DNA from: Pyrolobus fumarii 1A
Lineage (GTDB): Archaea; Thermoproteota; Thermoprotei_A; Sulfolobales; Pyrodictiaceae
Direction of reading: 5' to 3'
DNA length: 32,000 bases
NCBI RefSeq assembly: GCF_000223395.1
Contig: NC_015931.1
Coordinates: 360,001-392,000, forward strand
Shown: positions 1 through 8,845 of the stretch, one piece after another
Numbering within the stretch: the stretch's first letter is position 1
Layout: each line of letters starts with the position of its first letter
Program-made: the position numbers and the translations under genes
The notes under the pieces: model-generated
Told to the model about the DNA's origin: nothing
Database searches by the model: none
Seen by the model: the letters and a program-made list of their open reading frames with translations, nothing else

Positions 1-98
1 CCTCGGTGCGGAGAGGATGACGAGTTATAGGATTGCTGAGCGGCATCACGCTTAATACGGCGTTGCTTCATGGTGTTTTAAAACGAGGGATTGATTAA

Positions 99-3000
99 AT
101 GAGTGATTTCGTAGGTTACCACTATACCATAATCCCTGCGGTTGCGCTTCTCGCGCTTCTCGCCTATTCTAGTCTCGAGGCGCTGCGCGGGAGACTAGCA
201 AAGTCCAAGAAGATGCTGATGCTCTCCGCGCTTCTCGCTATAGCCGCGTGGGTGGTATACACAATACCATTCGTCACTCGCGACTATAGCCTCAAGCCGG
301 TATACGAGTCTACAAGCGAGGCGCTGCCAGAGTGGCTGCTGCCCGCGACAGCGTGGAGCACCGGCGGAGGTAGCCTCTACCTTTACGCGGTGATAGCGGC
401 TATAGGAGCCTACCTCGTAGCCAGGAGCGTCGAGAACAACCGCGTGTATCTAGCTGTTGCACCGTGGCTAAGCGGTGTGGCCCTCATAGCCGCGATACTC
501 TACGGCGCGTTCGATCTGAATCCCAACCCGCAGCTAACCGGCATGGGCCTAAACCCGCTCCTCAAGAGCTTCTGGATATACCCTCACCCCCTCACAACCT
601 TCGGCGGCTATGCCCTCCTCGCAGTCTCCACGTTCGCCCTTGCACTCGGGCTACGCTCTAGGAGCATAACGGTGGTCTACGAGATAGGCTGGGCTATGCT
701 AACACTCGGCATAATGCTAGGCGGCTTGTGGAGCTACGAGACGTTCGGGTGGGGCGGCTACTGGGCATGGGATCCCGTCGAGACGGCGGAGCTCATGGTG
801 TGGCTGGCCGCCACTACAGTACCACACGTAATGGTAGCGTTGCCCTCGCTCGCTCCAGGTGTAGCGGCGTTAACAACCTCAACAGTCTACCTCGCAATGT
901 ACGTCACTAGGACAGGTTTGAGCCCGTTGCACAGCTTCGCGGCTCCCGGCATAGCCTCTCTGACGCTAATCTCGGTATCGATGGCACTACTGGTGCTAAG
1001 CCTGTACCTCCTCGTGAAGGCCGAGGGCGTGGCCCGCGAGGTGAGGAAATGGGTAAGGACGCCGTTCAACCTAGGCATGGGTATTGCGACGATAGCATTG
1101 CTCCTAGCGACGCTGTTCGTCACATCATCGCTATTAATGCCGTCGATATTCACGGCGGTGGGTCAGCGGGCTACAGCACCGACGATGGACAGCGGGATAC
1201 GCTTCTACCACCCAGTGTTATACCCGGTGGCACTCGCGCTCCTCACCGGCATCGCGATAGCGTTCATCGGTGATAGGCTTGGATGGAGAGGCATAGCATC
1301 TCTAATGGCTTCTGTTGCTCTAGCGGCGGTGCTGCTAGCCTATAGAGTCGCCAGTGGTGGGCTCACGCTTGCACCCCTCTCGCCACAAGCGACCAACATC
1401 ATGATGGTCGTCGGTATCGTGTTCGCCGCGACAACCATAGTCTCGACGCTAGTGTTTATCGCGCTACGTATACGTGACAGCTTGAAGAGCGGTGCCCGTA
1501 TACCAACGGATCATTACCTAGGCATAGCCTTGATCCACCTCGGCTTCGCGTTGGTGCTTCTCGGCGTCTTCCTCGGCGGCACCTACTCCTACAACCAGGC
1601 CTACTTCGAGAGCTACACGTTGAAGCCAGGCGACTCTATACAACTGCCCGGCGGGAAACTACTCGTATTCGAGGGTTACGAGTACGGCGTAATAGAGGAG
1701 CCCGTCGACATATTCACGCCCTACGCTGGCAGGAGCAGCACATACTTCCTTGCACAGGACGCGCTACTGACTCTGCACTTCGATGTTGCCTCGCTCTACA
1801 AGAGCTACATGGAGGGCAAGAGGCTGTGGAACAGCGACCCGCGGGTCCTCCTAGTGCGCAGCCTTGAAGACAAAACATTCCATATGAATGGGAGTATAGT
1901 GCTGTGCCCCGAGGGTTGCAGCGCGACAATAAGCTACCGTGATATAGTGAACAACATCACCTCGACGCTGAGCAGCGACAACACGAGCATTGTGCTGGAG
2001 AATGTGACGCTAAGCTTCGCGATAGAACCGTGGACTACTCGCGGCGCAGTCGTAGGCACGGTTGTAGCGGTCTACGTGAACTCTAGCAACGCCACTCTAT
2101 ACGCGAAGGGTGTAGCGAAGGACCTGCAGCTCGGGAGCCACATGTTCTACCTGGTAATGTTCGACAAGTCGGTTAACATTACGGTGCAGGGTGTGGGTGT
2201 GCTCGAGGTACGCGGGATAGGATTCTACGTGACGCCGGAGAGCCTACGGAAGAAAGAGGCTAGAATAGTAGGCAACGACACTCTAGTCCTAGGCCCCGTT
2301 ATCGGCTTCGTGGCTGACGGTACACTCTATGCTAACGGTATCCGCGTCAACGTGGGTCTGGCCAAGACGCTGCCGGCATCCATCGCCTACTACATACTCG
2401 TGAACAGCAACGAGAGGCTTAAGAGCCTCATAGAGGCGATAGCAAACAGCACGCTCGCAAGCATCCTGACCAACTCTAGCATAATCCTAAGAGCTGCTAA
2501 CTACACGGGATGCGAAACATACCACCCGCTAGTATACCAGATGTCGCACAACGTCTTCATACACCTACGCGGCGGGTGTATAGATGCGCCGCGTTTCGTC
2601 CCCGCAACCGCGTATGTGAAGCTGAAGTTTGCCATCGTTGACCCGGAGAGCGGCGCGAGGCTAGAGGTGCCGGCTATACTACGATTCGAGGTGAACGGCG
2701 AGATACAGGGCATCCATGGTCTAGTCTCTGAGGTTCTACACGCGCCGCTAGGCGTGACCGACGTGTACATAGCGGTACACCCGCCATCGGTGCAAAGCGA
2801 TGTATCGTTCTTGTTGCCCATGGGCCAGCTCTACACTCCCGTATTCCACGACCTCGCGGTGTACTATCTGCACGAGGCATTCAAGGTAATCAAGGACCCT
2901 GTCAAGAGGCTCGCGCTGGCAGCCCTCATAGCCTCCGGGTTGCAGCTGGACAATGCGCGTAGGATGGATCCAAACCTACGCGGCGTCATACTAGAGGCTG

Positions 3001-3194
3001 ATGCTATCGCGCTTTACCTTCTCGCAGAGAAGTACAGCGTTGACAAGTCTCCACTCGTAACTGAGGGTGTCGTTGTGGAAGTCAAGCTGGTGCCCGGAGC
3101 AATCCTAGTCTGGAGCGGCTCCATTGTAATGGCCCTGGCGGCTGTCATTGCAGCGGCAGCTAGACTAGCCGGGGGTCGAGTAGGGCGACAGTAG
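99..3194 (+). CDS. ccmF: CcmF-family heme-handling protein (cytochrome c maturation heme-lyase-like) with a ~500-aa C-terminal extracytoplasmic extension
   Basis: ATG ORF of 1031 aa. The N-terminal ~500 aa is polytopic membrane. It carries the Trp-rich WWD block 'WGGYWAWDPVETAELMVWL', preceded by 'NPLLKSFWIYPHPLTTFGGY' and followed by 'TRTGLSPLHSFA'. These correspond to the three periplasmic signature blocks of CcmF, including both periplasmic His residues. The C-terminal half is non-membrane, rich in N-x-S/T sequons, and ends in one TM helix. Confidence 0.85.
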   Translation: MSDFVGYHYTIIPAVALLALLAYSSLEALRGRLAKSKKMLMLSALLAIAAWVVYTIPFVTRDYSLKPVYESTSEALPEWLLPATAWSTGGGSLYLYAVIAAIGAYLVARSVENNRVYLAVAPWLSGVALIAAILYGAFDLNPNPQLTGMGLNPLLKSFWIYPHPLTTFGGYALLAVSTFALALGLRSRSITVVYEIGWAMLTLGIMLGGLWSYETFGWGGYWAWDPVETAELMVWLAATTVPHVMVALPSLAPGVAALTTSTVYLAMYVTRTGLSPLHSFAAPGIASLTLISVSMALLVLSLYLLVKAEGVAREVRKWVRTPFNLGMGIATIALLLATLFVTSSLLMPSIFTAVGQRATAPTMDSGIRFYHPVLYPVALALLTGIAIAFIGDRLGWRGIASLMASVALAAVLLAYRVASGGLTLAPLSPQATNIMMVVGIVFAATTIVSTLVFIALRIRDSLKSGARIPTDHYLGIALIHLGFALVLLGVFLGGTYSYNQAYFESYTLKPGDSIQLPGGKLLVFEGYEYGVIEEPVDIFTPYAGRSSTYFLAQDALLTLHFDVASLYKSYMEGKRLWNSDPRVLLVRSLEDKTFHMNGSIVLCPEGCSATISYRDIVNNITSTLSSDNTSIVLENVTLSFAIEPWTTRGAVVGTVVAVYVNSSNATLYAKGVAKDLQLGSHMFYLVMFDKSVNITVQGVGVLEVRGIGFYVTPESLRKKEARIVGNDTLVLGPVIGFVADGTLYANGIRVNVGLAKTLPASIAYYILVNSNERLKSLIEAIANSTLASILTNSSIILRAANYTGCETYHPLVYQMSHNVFIHLRGGCIDAPRFVPATAYVKLKFAIVDPESGARLEVPAILRFEVNGEIQGIHGLVSEVLHAPLGVTDVYIAVHPPSVQSDVSFLLPMGQLYTPVFHDLAVYYLHEAFKVIKDPVKRLALAALIASGLQLDNARRMDPNLRGVILEADAIALYLLAEKYSVDKSPLVTEGVVVEVKLVPGAILVWSGSIVMALAAVIAAAARLAGGRVGRQ

Positions 3195-3205
3195 GGTAGC
3201 GAATA

Positions 3206-6200
3206 GTGCCTATTGACACGCGCCTGTTGCTAGAGAAGCTGGGCTATAGCTACGAGTTTCTCTCCGAGCCTGCCTCATCCCCCAGCTTCTCTAGCAAGAG
3301 GTTTGAGGAGATTCACGAGAGGTTCTCTAATACCAGGCTGCGCGGCAGGAGACTATACCGGCATCAACTCGAGACTCTGGAGGCGCTAACTGAGGGCTGT
3401 AACGTCATACTGGTTGCTGGCACGGGCTCTGGCAAGACAGAAGCGTGGTTCATGTACACGGCGCTAGCCGTTAGGAGTGGATTGGAGCCGCGTGTCCTCG
3501 CTCTATACCCCACGCTCGCATTGGCTCATGATCAGGTTGCGAGGCTCAGGGAGTATGGCGAGGCTACCGGTGTGAAGGTAGTCGCGCTAGATGCGGGGGA
3601 GAGGGAGAGGCTAGAACGTAGCCTTGGACGCGCTGGGCTAAGGAGAGTCATCAGCGAGGCTCATGTAGTTGCTACTAACCCTGCGTTCCTCCTCCAAGAG
3701 GTGAAGAGGCTTGGCGAAGGCCGAGACCCGATACTCAAGCCCTTCATAGAGAACCCGTGGCTCATAGTGATAGACGAGCTCGACTTCTACAGCCCTAGGG
3801 GCGTCGCGCTGATAGACGCGATGCTACGTATAATCGCCATGGTCTCTAAGGTCAAGCCACGCGTAGCCGTACTAACAGCGACGCTGGCAAACCCCGAGGA
3901 GCTGGCAAAGCATCTGAGGAGCGTCACGGGGCGATGCACGCGCATAGTAAGGGGTGAGCCGTTTCGCGTAGAGAACCGCGTGTACATAGTACTGGGTAAA
4001 GACCTGGAGGCCCTGAGAAAACTCATCAAAGAGAAGGTTCGGGGCTCAGAGGATAGGCTGCCACGTGATATACTCGAGGCGCTTTCTGACCCCGAGAGGT
4101 TCCGCAAGGAAGCCTACCGGGTGACAGGCGCGTTACGCGGTCTAGGCTTTGACGTGCCATCCCCGAGCATAGACATAACCGAGATACTAGCGAGCTACGT
4201 CGAAGATGATGGCGTGACGCTAGTCTTCACACGTAGCATCGCTGTGGCTGAGAGACTCGCCAGGAGGCTACGCGAGAAGCTGGGCGACAAAGCGGAACTC
4301 GTAGCAGCTCATCACCACCTTGTGCCTCGGGAGGAGAGAAGGCGGGTGGAAGAAGCGGCGAGACAAGGCAGAGTCAAGATCATCTTCTCGCCACGTACAC
4401 TAGCACAGGGCGTCGATATAGGCACGGTTGTGCGTGTCGTCCACTATGGGCTTCCTGAGGATGTACGCGAGTTCCTCCAGAGGGAGGGGAGGAAGGGACG
4501 GAGACCCGACATACCCTTCACCGAGACCGTGATAATACCCGCGGGCTTCTGGGACCGAGAGCTACTCGGGAAGGGTGTTGACGCTCTACGCGAGTGGCTA
4601 TCCATGCCGTTAGAGCGTGTCATCGTGAACCCCGACAATCTATACGCTAGCCTCTTCACAGGGATGTGGAAGCTACGCCGCAGGCTTTACGATCATCTCG
4701 ATGAGCGCGAGAAGACCGCCTTGAAGGCTGCGGGTGTGTTGGGGGATGACGGGAGGGTTAACGAGCGGCGTTTGAAGTGGGTATGGGAGCGGCTCAACTT
4801 CTACGAGTTCGGGCCACCCTATGGTATCAAGAGGTACCTGGTGCATAGAGATGGGCGCATGGAGCCCTTGGAGCCCATAGGATTCTGTGATCTTGTCGAG
4901 CACTTCCAGCAGGGTTGTATCGACCTTGCAAACGAGGCTATCGTGACCGGCTTCCGTAGGGGTGGGCGCGGCCACGTCACGGCGGTGATCGAGGAGCCCA
5001 TTGGCGAGGTAGATCTACACAAGTACCCAGCGCTTGCGGACGCGCTCGAAGAGTACGAGTTGCTGAAGAGAAGGTGGGGCGAAGAGCCAAACGTGAAGCG
5101 CGATATCCTCCGCGGTGCTCTAGTCTCGCAGGCAGTGGCTGTGGTCTACCCGCCTAAGCGTGGTTTCGGCCGCCTCATCAAGATACCCAACAGGGTGATT
5201 TGGGTCGTTTACGGCGAGAAGCCCCTCGTGGTTAGAGGGCCTAAGGGAGAGACGATAGTCACTGATAGGCGTGGCGCGGTTTACGTGACTGGTGAGACTG
5301 CGGGCGTCTATACTGATTACACCTATGGCGTGACGATAGAGCTTCCACCCTGGGAGGACCCGAGCCTCGCTAGGATAGGTCTCGCGCTCCTAAACATAGT
5401 CCTTCGCAGGAAGTTCGGCATAGCGTTCGAGACGATAATGTATAGTGTTGAGAGGCTAGGCGATTACAAGGCAATCTCTCTCCACGAGCCAGAGGCCGCC
5501 GGTATAATAGAGCGGCTAGACTGGCGGGAGGTGTTGAAAGCAGTTAGGGAGTATGAGCCGAGTGGGCTTGACACGGCGCTACTAGCCCTAATAGACGAGG
5601 TGGCCTATGCCGAGTTTCTCGGCAAGAGTCTCGACTGGAGTGTCGCCAAGACGGCCGCGGAGAGAATGGCTAGCATCATTGCAAACGCTCTCTCGAAACG
5701 CGAGGTTATCGAAGTCGCTGGTGTCAAGCTTGAGCTTGTAAAACCAGGCCCAGAGCACAAGATACTCGCGGTTGGCGTTGCGCTCGAGGAGGCTTCTGCA
5801 CCCAGAGGGCTCCTGGCACTAGCGCTCTTCGACGGAGAGAATATGCACAAGTGGAGCGGCGAGGTGTACCTCCTGCCGGGCGTGAGACCCCCAGACGACC
5901 TTAGGACACTCGAGCTCCTCGCCCAGGACCTGGTAGACTACGAGGGATACAAGCTCGTAGTGCCGTCGCGCGAGTCGATAGAGACTCTACGCAAGGGCGG
6001 ACTACGGCTACTCCCAAGGCTAGCCGCTGAGGCTCTCGACGCGCGAGAGGTGTGGCGGGAGGCTGGCCTCCCGGAAGAGCTGCAACCACTCGCAGTGAGA
6101 GCAGCCGCCGAGAGACTAGGTTGGAGCATGCCGGACCCAGCGGAGCTCGCGGCTAACGCTGCCGAGGCTCTACAAAAGGGGTGGAGGAGGAAGGCTCTCG

Positions 6201-6307
6201 AGGCGCTAGAGAAGGCCGCAGAGGCTACAGCCCGCATAGTATACCTCACCGCTCTCCTAGCCAAGAGGGCCTCCCGGGACAATAACCGAGGTTCAAACGC
6301 GGGTTGA
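3206..6307 (+). CDS. Superfamily-2 DExD/H-box helicase with a long uncharacterised C-terminal region
   Basis: GTG ORF of 1033 aa, starting 11 nt after the ccmF-like stop. Motif I is 'AGTGSGKTEA', Ia is 'YPTLALAHDQ', II is 'VIDELD', III is 'LTATLA' and VI is 'QREGRKGRR'. About 560 aa follow the helicase core, ending in an Ala/Glu-rich helical tail. Confidence 0.85.
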   Translation: MPIDTRLLLEKLGYSYEFLSEPASSPSFSSKRFEEIHERFSNTRLRGRRLYRHQLETLEALTEGCNVILVAGTGSGKTEAWFMYTALAVRSGLEPRVLALYPTLALAHDQVARLREYGEATGVKVVALDAGERERLERSLGRAGLRRVISEAHVVATNPAFLLQEVKRLGEGRDPILKPFIENPWLIVIDELDFYSPRGVALIDAMLRIIAMVSKVKPRVAVLTATLANPEELAKHLRSVTGRCTRIVRGEPFRVENRVYIVLGKDLEALRKLIKEKVRGSEDRLPRDILEALSDPERFRKEAYRVTGALRGLGFDVPSPSIDITEILASYVEDDGVTLVFTRSIAVAERLARRLREKLGDKAELVAAHHHLVPREERRRVEEAARQGRVKIIFSPRTLAQGVDIGTVVRVVHYGLPEDVREFLQREGRKGRRPDIPFTETVIIPAGFWDRELLGKGVDALREWLSMPLERVIVNPDNLYASLFTGMWKLRRRLYDHLDEREKTALKAAGVLGDDGRVNERRLKWVWERLNFYEFGPPYGIKRYLVHRDGRMEPLEPIGFCDLVEHFQQGCIDLANEAIVTGFRRGGRGHVTAVIEEPIGEVDLHKYPALADALEEYELLKRRWGEEPNVKRDILRGALVSQAVAVVYPPKRGFGRLIKIPNRVIWVVYGEKPLVVRGPKGETIVTDRRGAVYVTGETAGVYTDYTYGVTIELPPWEDPSLARIGLALLNIVLRRKFGIAFETIMYSVERLGDYKAISLHEPEAAGIIERLDWREVLKAVREYEPSGLDTALLALIDEVAYAEFLGKSLDWSVAKTAAERMASIIANALSKREVIEVAGVKLELVKPGPEHKILAVGVALEEASAPRGLLALALFDGENMHKWSGEVYLLPGVRPPDDLRTLELLAQDLVDYEGYKLVVPSRESIETLRKGGLRLLPRLAAEALDAREVWREAGLPEELQPLAVRAAAERLGWSMPDPAELAANAAEALQKGWRRKALEALEKAAEATARIVYLTALLAKRASRDNNRGSNAG

Positions 6308-6490
6308 GCCCCTCCCCGCAGGCCACTTCGACGATGAACCCTCACAGTGGTGGAATGCTCGCAGTGAGGGCCAACAGCCCTACGTGGCTGCAGGACGGTG
6401 CGACCGTCTGCACTTCTACAGTAGTTGTACAACATTTAGCGCTTGTTTAGTTCCTGCTTGTACGTGCGGCTCGAAGGGGGCTAGCGTAGC

Positions 6491-7564
6491 TTGACTGTCA
6501 CGGTTCACGGTAACCCTAGGACGCTATACCCCCTACTAGACTGGGATCGCGAGGTATACGTGCTGGGTATAGAGTCCACAGCGCACACATTTGGCGTCGG
6601 CATAGCCTCTACGAGACCACCCTACATACTAGCCAACGCGAGGCGAACATACCGGCCAGAGAAGGGCGGTATCCACCCGCGCGAGTCAGCTAGCTTCATG
6701 GCGCGTGTGGCGCCGGACGTAGTGAGAGAGGCCCTCGAGGAGGCAGGTGTGAAACCATCGCAGCTTGACGCGATTGCTGTGGCTCTCGGCCCCGGCCTAG
6801 GCCCCTGCTTGAGGATAGGCGCGACCATCGCGAGGGGGCTAGCGGCGTACCTAGGCAAGCCGTTGATCCCCGTGAATCACGCTGTTGCACACGTGGAGAT
6901 AGGTAGGTTGAGTGGCGGGCTCCAGGATCCACTCGTGGTGTACGTCTCGGGGGGCAACACGACCGTACTCGCGTACGGCAAGGGCAGATACCGTGTATTC
7001 GGCGAGACGCTTGACATCGCGCTGGGCAACTTGCTTGACACATTCGCGAGAGAGGTCGGCATAGCCCCACCCTACGTCGTCGAGGGGCTCCACGTGGTAG
7101 ACCGTTGCGCCTCCGAGGCAGACGAGCCCCATCCACTCCCCTACGTCGTCAAGGGGCAGGACGTGAGCTTCTCGGGTCTACTCACCGCTGCCCTACGTGC
7201 AGTGGAGAGAGGCGTACCGCTACCCAAGGTCTGCCTAGGATTACGCGAAGTAGCATACGGAGCTGTAGTCGAGGTTGGCGAGAGAGGACTCGCGCACACC
7301 GGAAAGAAAGAAGTGCTGCTAGTCGGCGGTGTCGCGGCAAGCCCCATACTAAGAGAGAAGATGAAACTCATGGCAAACCTCCACAACGCTAGGTTCCACG
7401 CGCCCCCACCGCCACTCGCAGGAGACAACGGCGCAATGATAGCATGGACAGGCCTCCTGGCGTACATGAGCGGCGTAACCATCCCGATAAAGGATAGCAG
7501 AGTAAGACAAAGATGGAGAGTAGACGAGTACGTGATACCTTGGAATGTTCAGTTAGACAAGTAG
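6491..7564 (+). CDS. kae1: tRNA N6-adenosine threonylcarbamoyltransferase Kae1 (stand-alone, not fused to Bud32)
   Basis: 'VLGIESTAHTFGVGIAS', 'NHAVAHVEIGRL', 'YVSGGNT' and 'LLVGGVAAS' are Kae1/TsaD blocks. The start is uncertain: the track uses TTG at 6491, and an in-frame GTG at 6560 directly precedes the conserved 'LGIESTAH'. Confidence 0.9.
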   Translation: MTVTVHGNPRTLYPLLDWDREVYVLGIESTAHTFGVGIASTRPPYILANARRTYRPEKGGIHPRESASFMARVAPDVVREALEEAGVKPSQLDAIAVALGPGLGPCLRIGATIARGLAAYLGKPLIPVNHAVAHVEIGRLSGGLQDPLVVYVSGGNTTVLAYGKGRYRVFGETLDIALGNLLDTFAREVGIAPPYVVEGLHVVDRCASEADEPHPLPYVVKGQDVSFSGLLTAALRAVERGVPLPKVCLGLREVAYGAVVEVGERGLAHTGKKEVLLVGGVAASPILREKMKLMANLHNARFHAPPPPLAGDNGAMIAWTGLLAYMSGVTIPIKDSRVRQRWRVDEYVIPWNVQLDK

Positions 7565-7567
7565 GTA

Positions 7568-7579
7568 GCTACAACAAGT
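7568..7579 (+). repeat. Copy 1 of direct-repeat motif GCTACAACAAGT (left edge of low-GC cassette)
   Basis: Lies 4 nt after the kae1 stop. The core TACAACAAGT recurs at 8850-8859 and 17836-17845 on the same strand. Confidence 0.7.
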
Positions 7580-7591
7580 CTAGATTCAGAC

Positions 7592-7608
7592 TTTTCAACA
7601 TAGTTTTT
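7592..7608 (+). terminator. Oligo-T tracts (T4 and T5) downstream of kae1
   Basis: 'cttttcaacatagttttta' lies 28-44 nt after the stop. Archaeal termination typically uses oligo-T runs. Confidence 0.35.
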
Positions 7609-7639
7609 AATCCTACAAGTGTCGGTCAAGACATGCTCT

Positions 7640-7644
7640 GGAGG
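7640..7644 (+). promoter_or_regulatory. Shine-Dalgarno-like GGAGG upstream of the methyltransferase ATG
   Basis: GGAGG lies 8 nt upstream of the ATG at 7653. Confidence 0.4.
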
Positions 7645-7652
7645 AACAATGT

Positions 7653-8831
7653 ATGGTTGAACAGCTGCTGAACGAACTTGATAAGTGCACAACGCCGGAG
7701 GACCTTGCAGCGCTGGTAAAGGAGTACATCAATGATCCTAGTCGAGTTGTTAGTCCAGTGTCAGAAGGAATTCTGACAGAGTATAAGTACAGTGTGAGAA
7801 GACTAGGTAGACTCCTGCCGTTACTTCAAACACTATCTAGGTTACTAGGCGTCACGATAATACGTAGAAAACTATTCAGCAGAATCCGTTATTCCTTATC
7901 AATTCTATATGACAAATCTTGTCTATCATGTGTTCACTTTCTGCGAGTTATAGACGTTGTAAACAACCCAGATGAATGGATGTATTTGTACAAAGTGCTA
8001 GATAGGGATGGTAAAGATGCTCTAATGCGCTGGCTTAAAGCAACATTTGCGCTGCATTTGGTCGAGCCATACGTGGTAATGGAGCGGTGGGCGAGAATCA
8101 AACCAAGTGATTATATAAAATTTGTGCAAGAAGATGCTCGGAAGATTCGCATCGGAAAGGTTAAGAAAGGAGGAAAGGTTTTTGATGTGTTTAGAGTCGA
8201 GGGCGAAAAGAGAGTATATAACATAGCAACAACGACGCACATGCTAGTGCCATCATGGTTCGCTGAAATCTACCCACGTCCACCTCGTGATGCACGCGTA
8301 CTTGTTGACATTGGTGCGTTTGCCGGTGAATCATCTATTTGGATGTACGACAGGGTTAATGGTGAAGCAAAGGTACTTGCGTTTGAACCCGATCCTAGCG
8401 TACTAGAAGCCTTGCGCTACAACATCGAGATAAACAAACTGGAAAATAATGTTGTGCCTTTGGGGTATGCTCTTTCAGATAAAACTGGGAAAATGATACT
8501 TAGTGCCCAAGAAGGGATGTCGAGTATAACGTTTAGTACCAGTGAGCGTAAACACGAAGTCAGTGTGGTAACGCTTGATAGTATATTGGAAAAACTCAGC
8601 ATCAAGACGGTTGAATACGTGAAAATCGATGTTGAGGGTGCTGAGGTTAACGTGCTTAGAGGTGCTAAAAGGACGCTTCGTGAATATAGACCTGTTATGG
8701 CAGTGTCGGTGTATCACCGTCCACGTGATCCGATAGTCATAGCAAGGATGTTGCAGGAGGCCGGATATACAAAGTTCAGTATGCGTTTCATACTGCCATT
8801 GCAAAACGAGGTCGTGCTCGTGGCAATGTAA
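7653..8831 (+). CDS. FkbM-family SAM-dependent methyltransferase with an uncharacterised ~190-aa N-terminal domain
   Basis: The C-terminal half carries FkbM-type blocks: 'VLVDIGAFAGESSIWM', 'VLAFEPDP', 'LSDKTGKMIL', 'VTLDSIL' and 'VEYVKIDVEGAEVNVLRGA'. GC content is much lower than the flanks: 18/60 G+C in 7861-7920 against 39/60 in 7381-7440. Confidence 0.85.
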   Translation: MVEQLLNELDKCTTPEDLAALVKEYINDPSRVVSPVSEGILTEYKYSVRRLGRLLPLLQTLSRLLGVTIIRRKLFSRIRYSLSILYDKSCLSCVHFLRVIDVVNNPDEWMYLYKVLDRDGKDALMRWLKATFALHLVEPYVVMERWARIKPSDYIKFVQEDARKIRIGKVKKGGKVFDVFRVEGEKRVYNIATTTHMLVPSWFAEIYPRPPRDARVLVDIGAFAGESSIWMYDRVNGEAKVLAFEPDPSVLEALRYNIEINKLENNVVPLGYALSDKTGKMILSAQEGMSSITFSTSERKHEVSVVTLDSILEKLSIKTVEYVKIDVEGAEVNVLRGAKRTLREYRPVMAVSVYHRPRDPIVIARMLQEAGYTKFSMRFILPLQNEVVLVAM

Positions 8832-8840
8832 TACACTTAA

Positions 8841-8845
8841 TTTTT
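8841..8845 (+). terminator. T5 tract between convergent genes
   Basis: 'taatacacttaattttta' immediately follows the methyltransferase stop. Confidence 0.35.

Noticed and set aside
1-71. A possible minus-strand gene start (ATG at 71-69, 'MKQRRIKRDAAQQ...') running out of the window.
   Set aside because: Only 23 codons are visible, with no motif and no promoter spacing, so there is too little evidence to annotate it.
76-83. TTTTAAAA as the TATA box for the ccmF-like gene.
   Set aside because: Its centre is only about 20 nt from the ATG at 99, so the predicted transcription start would fall inside the ORF. TTAATA at 52-57 together with GAGG at 85-88 is an equally weak alternative. Neither can be supported without TSS data.
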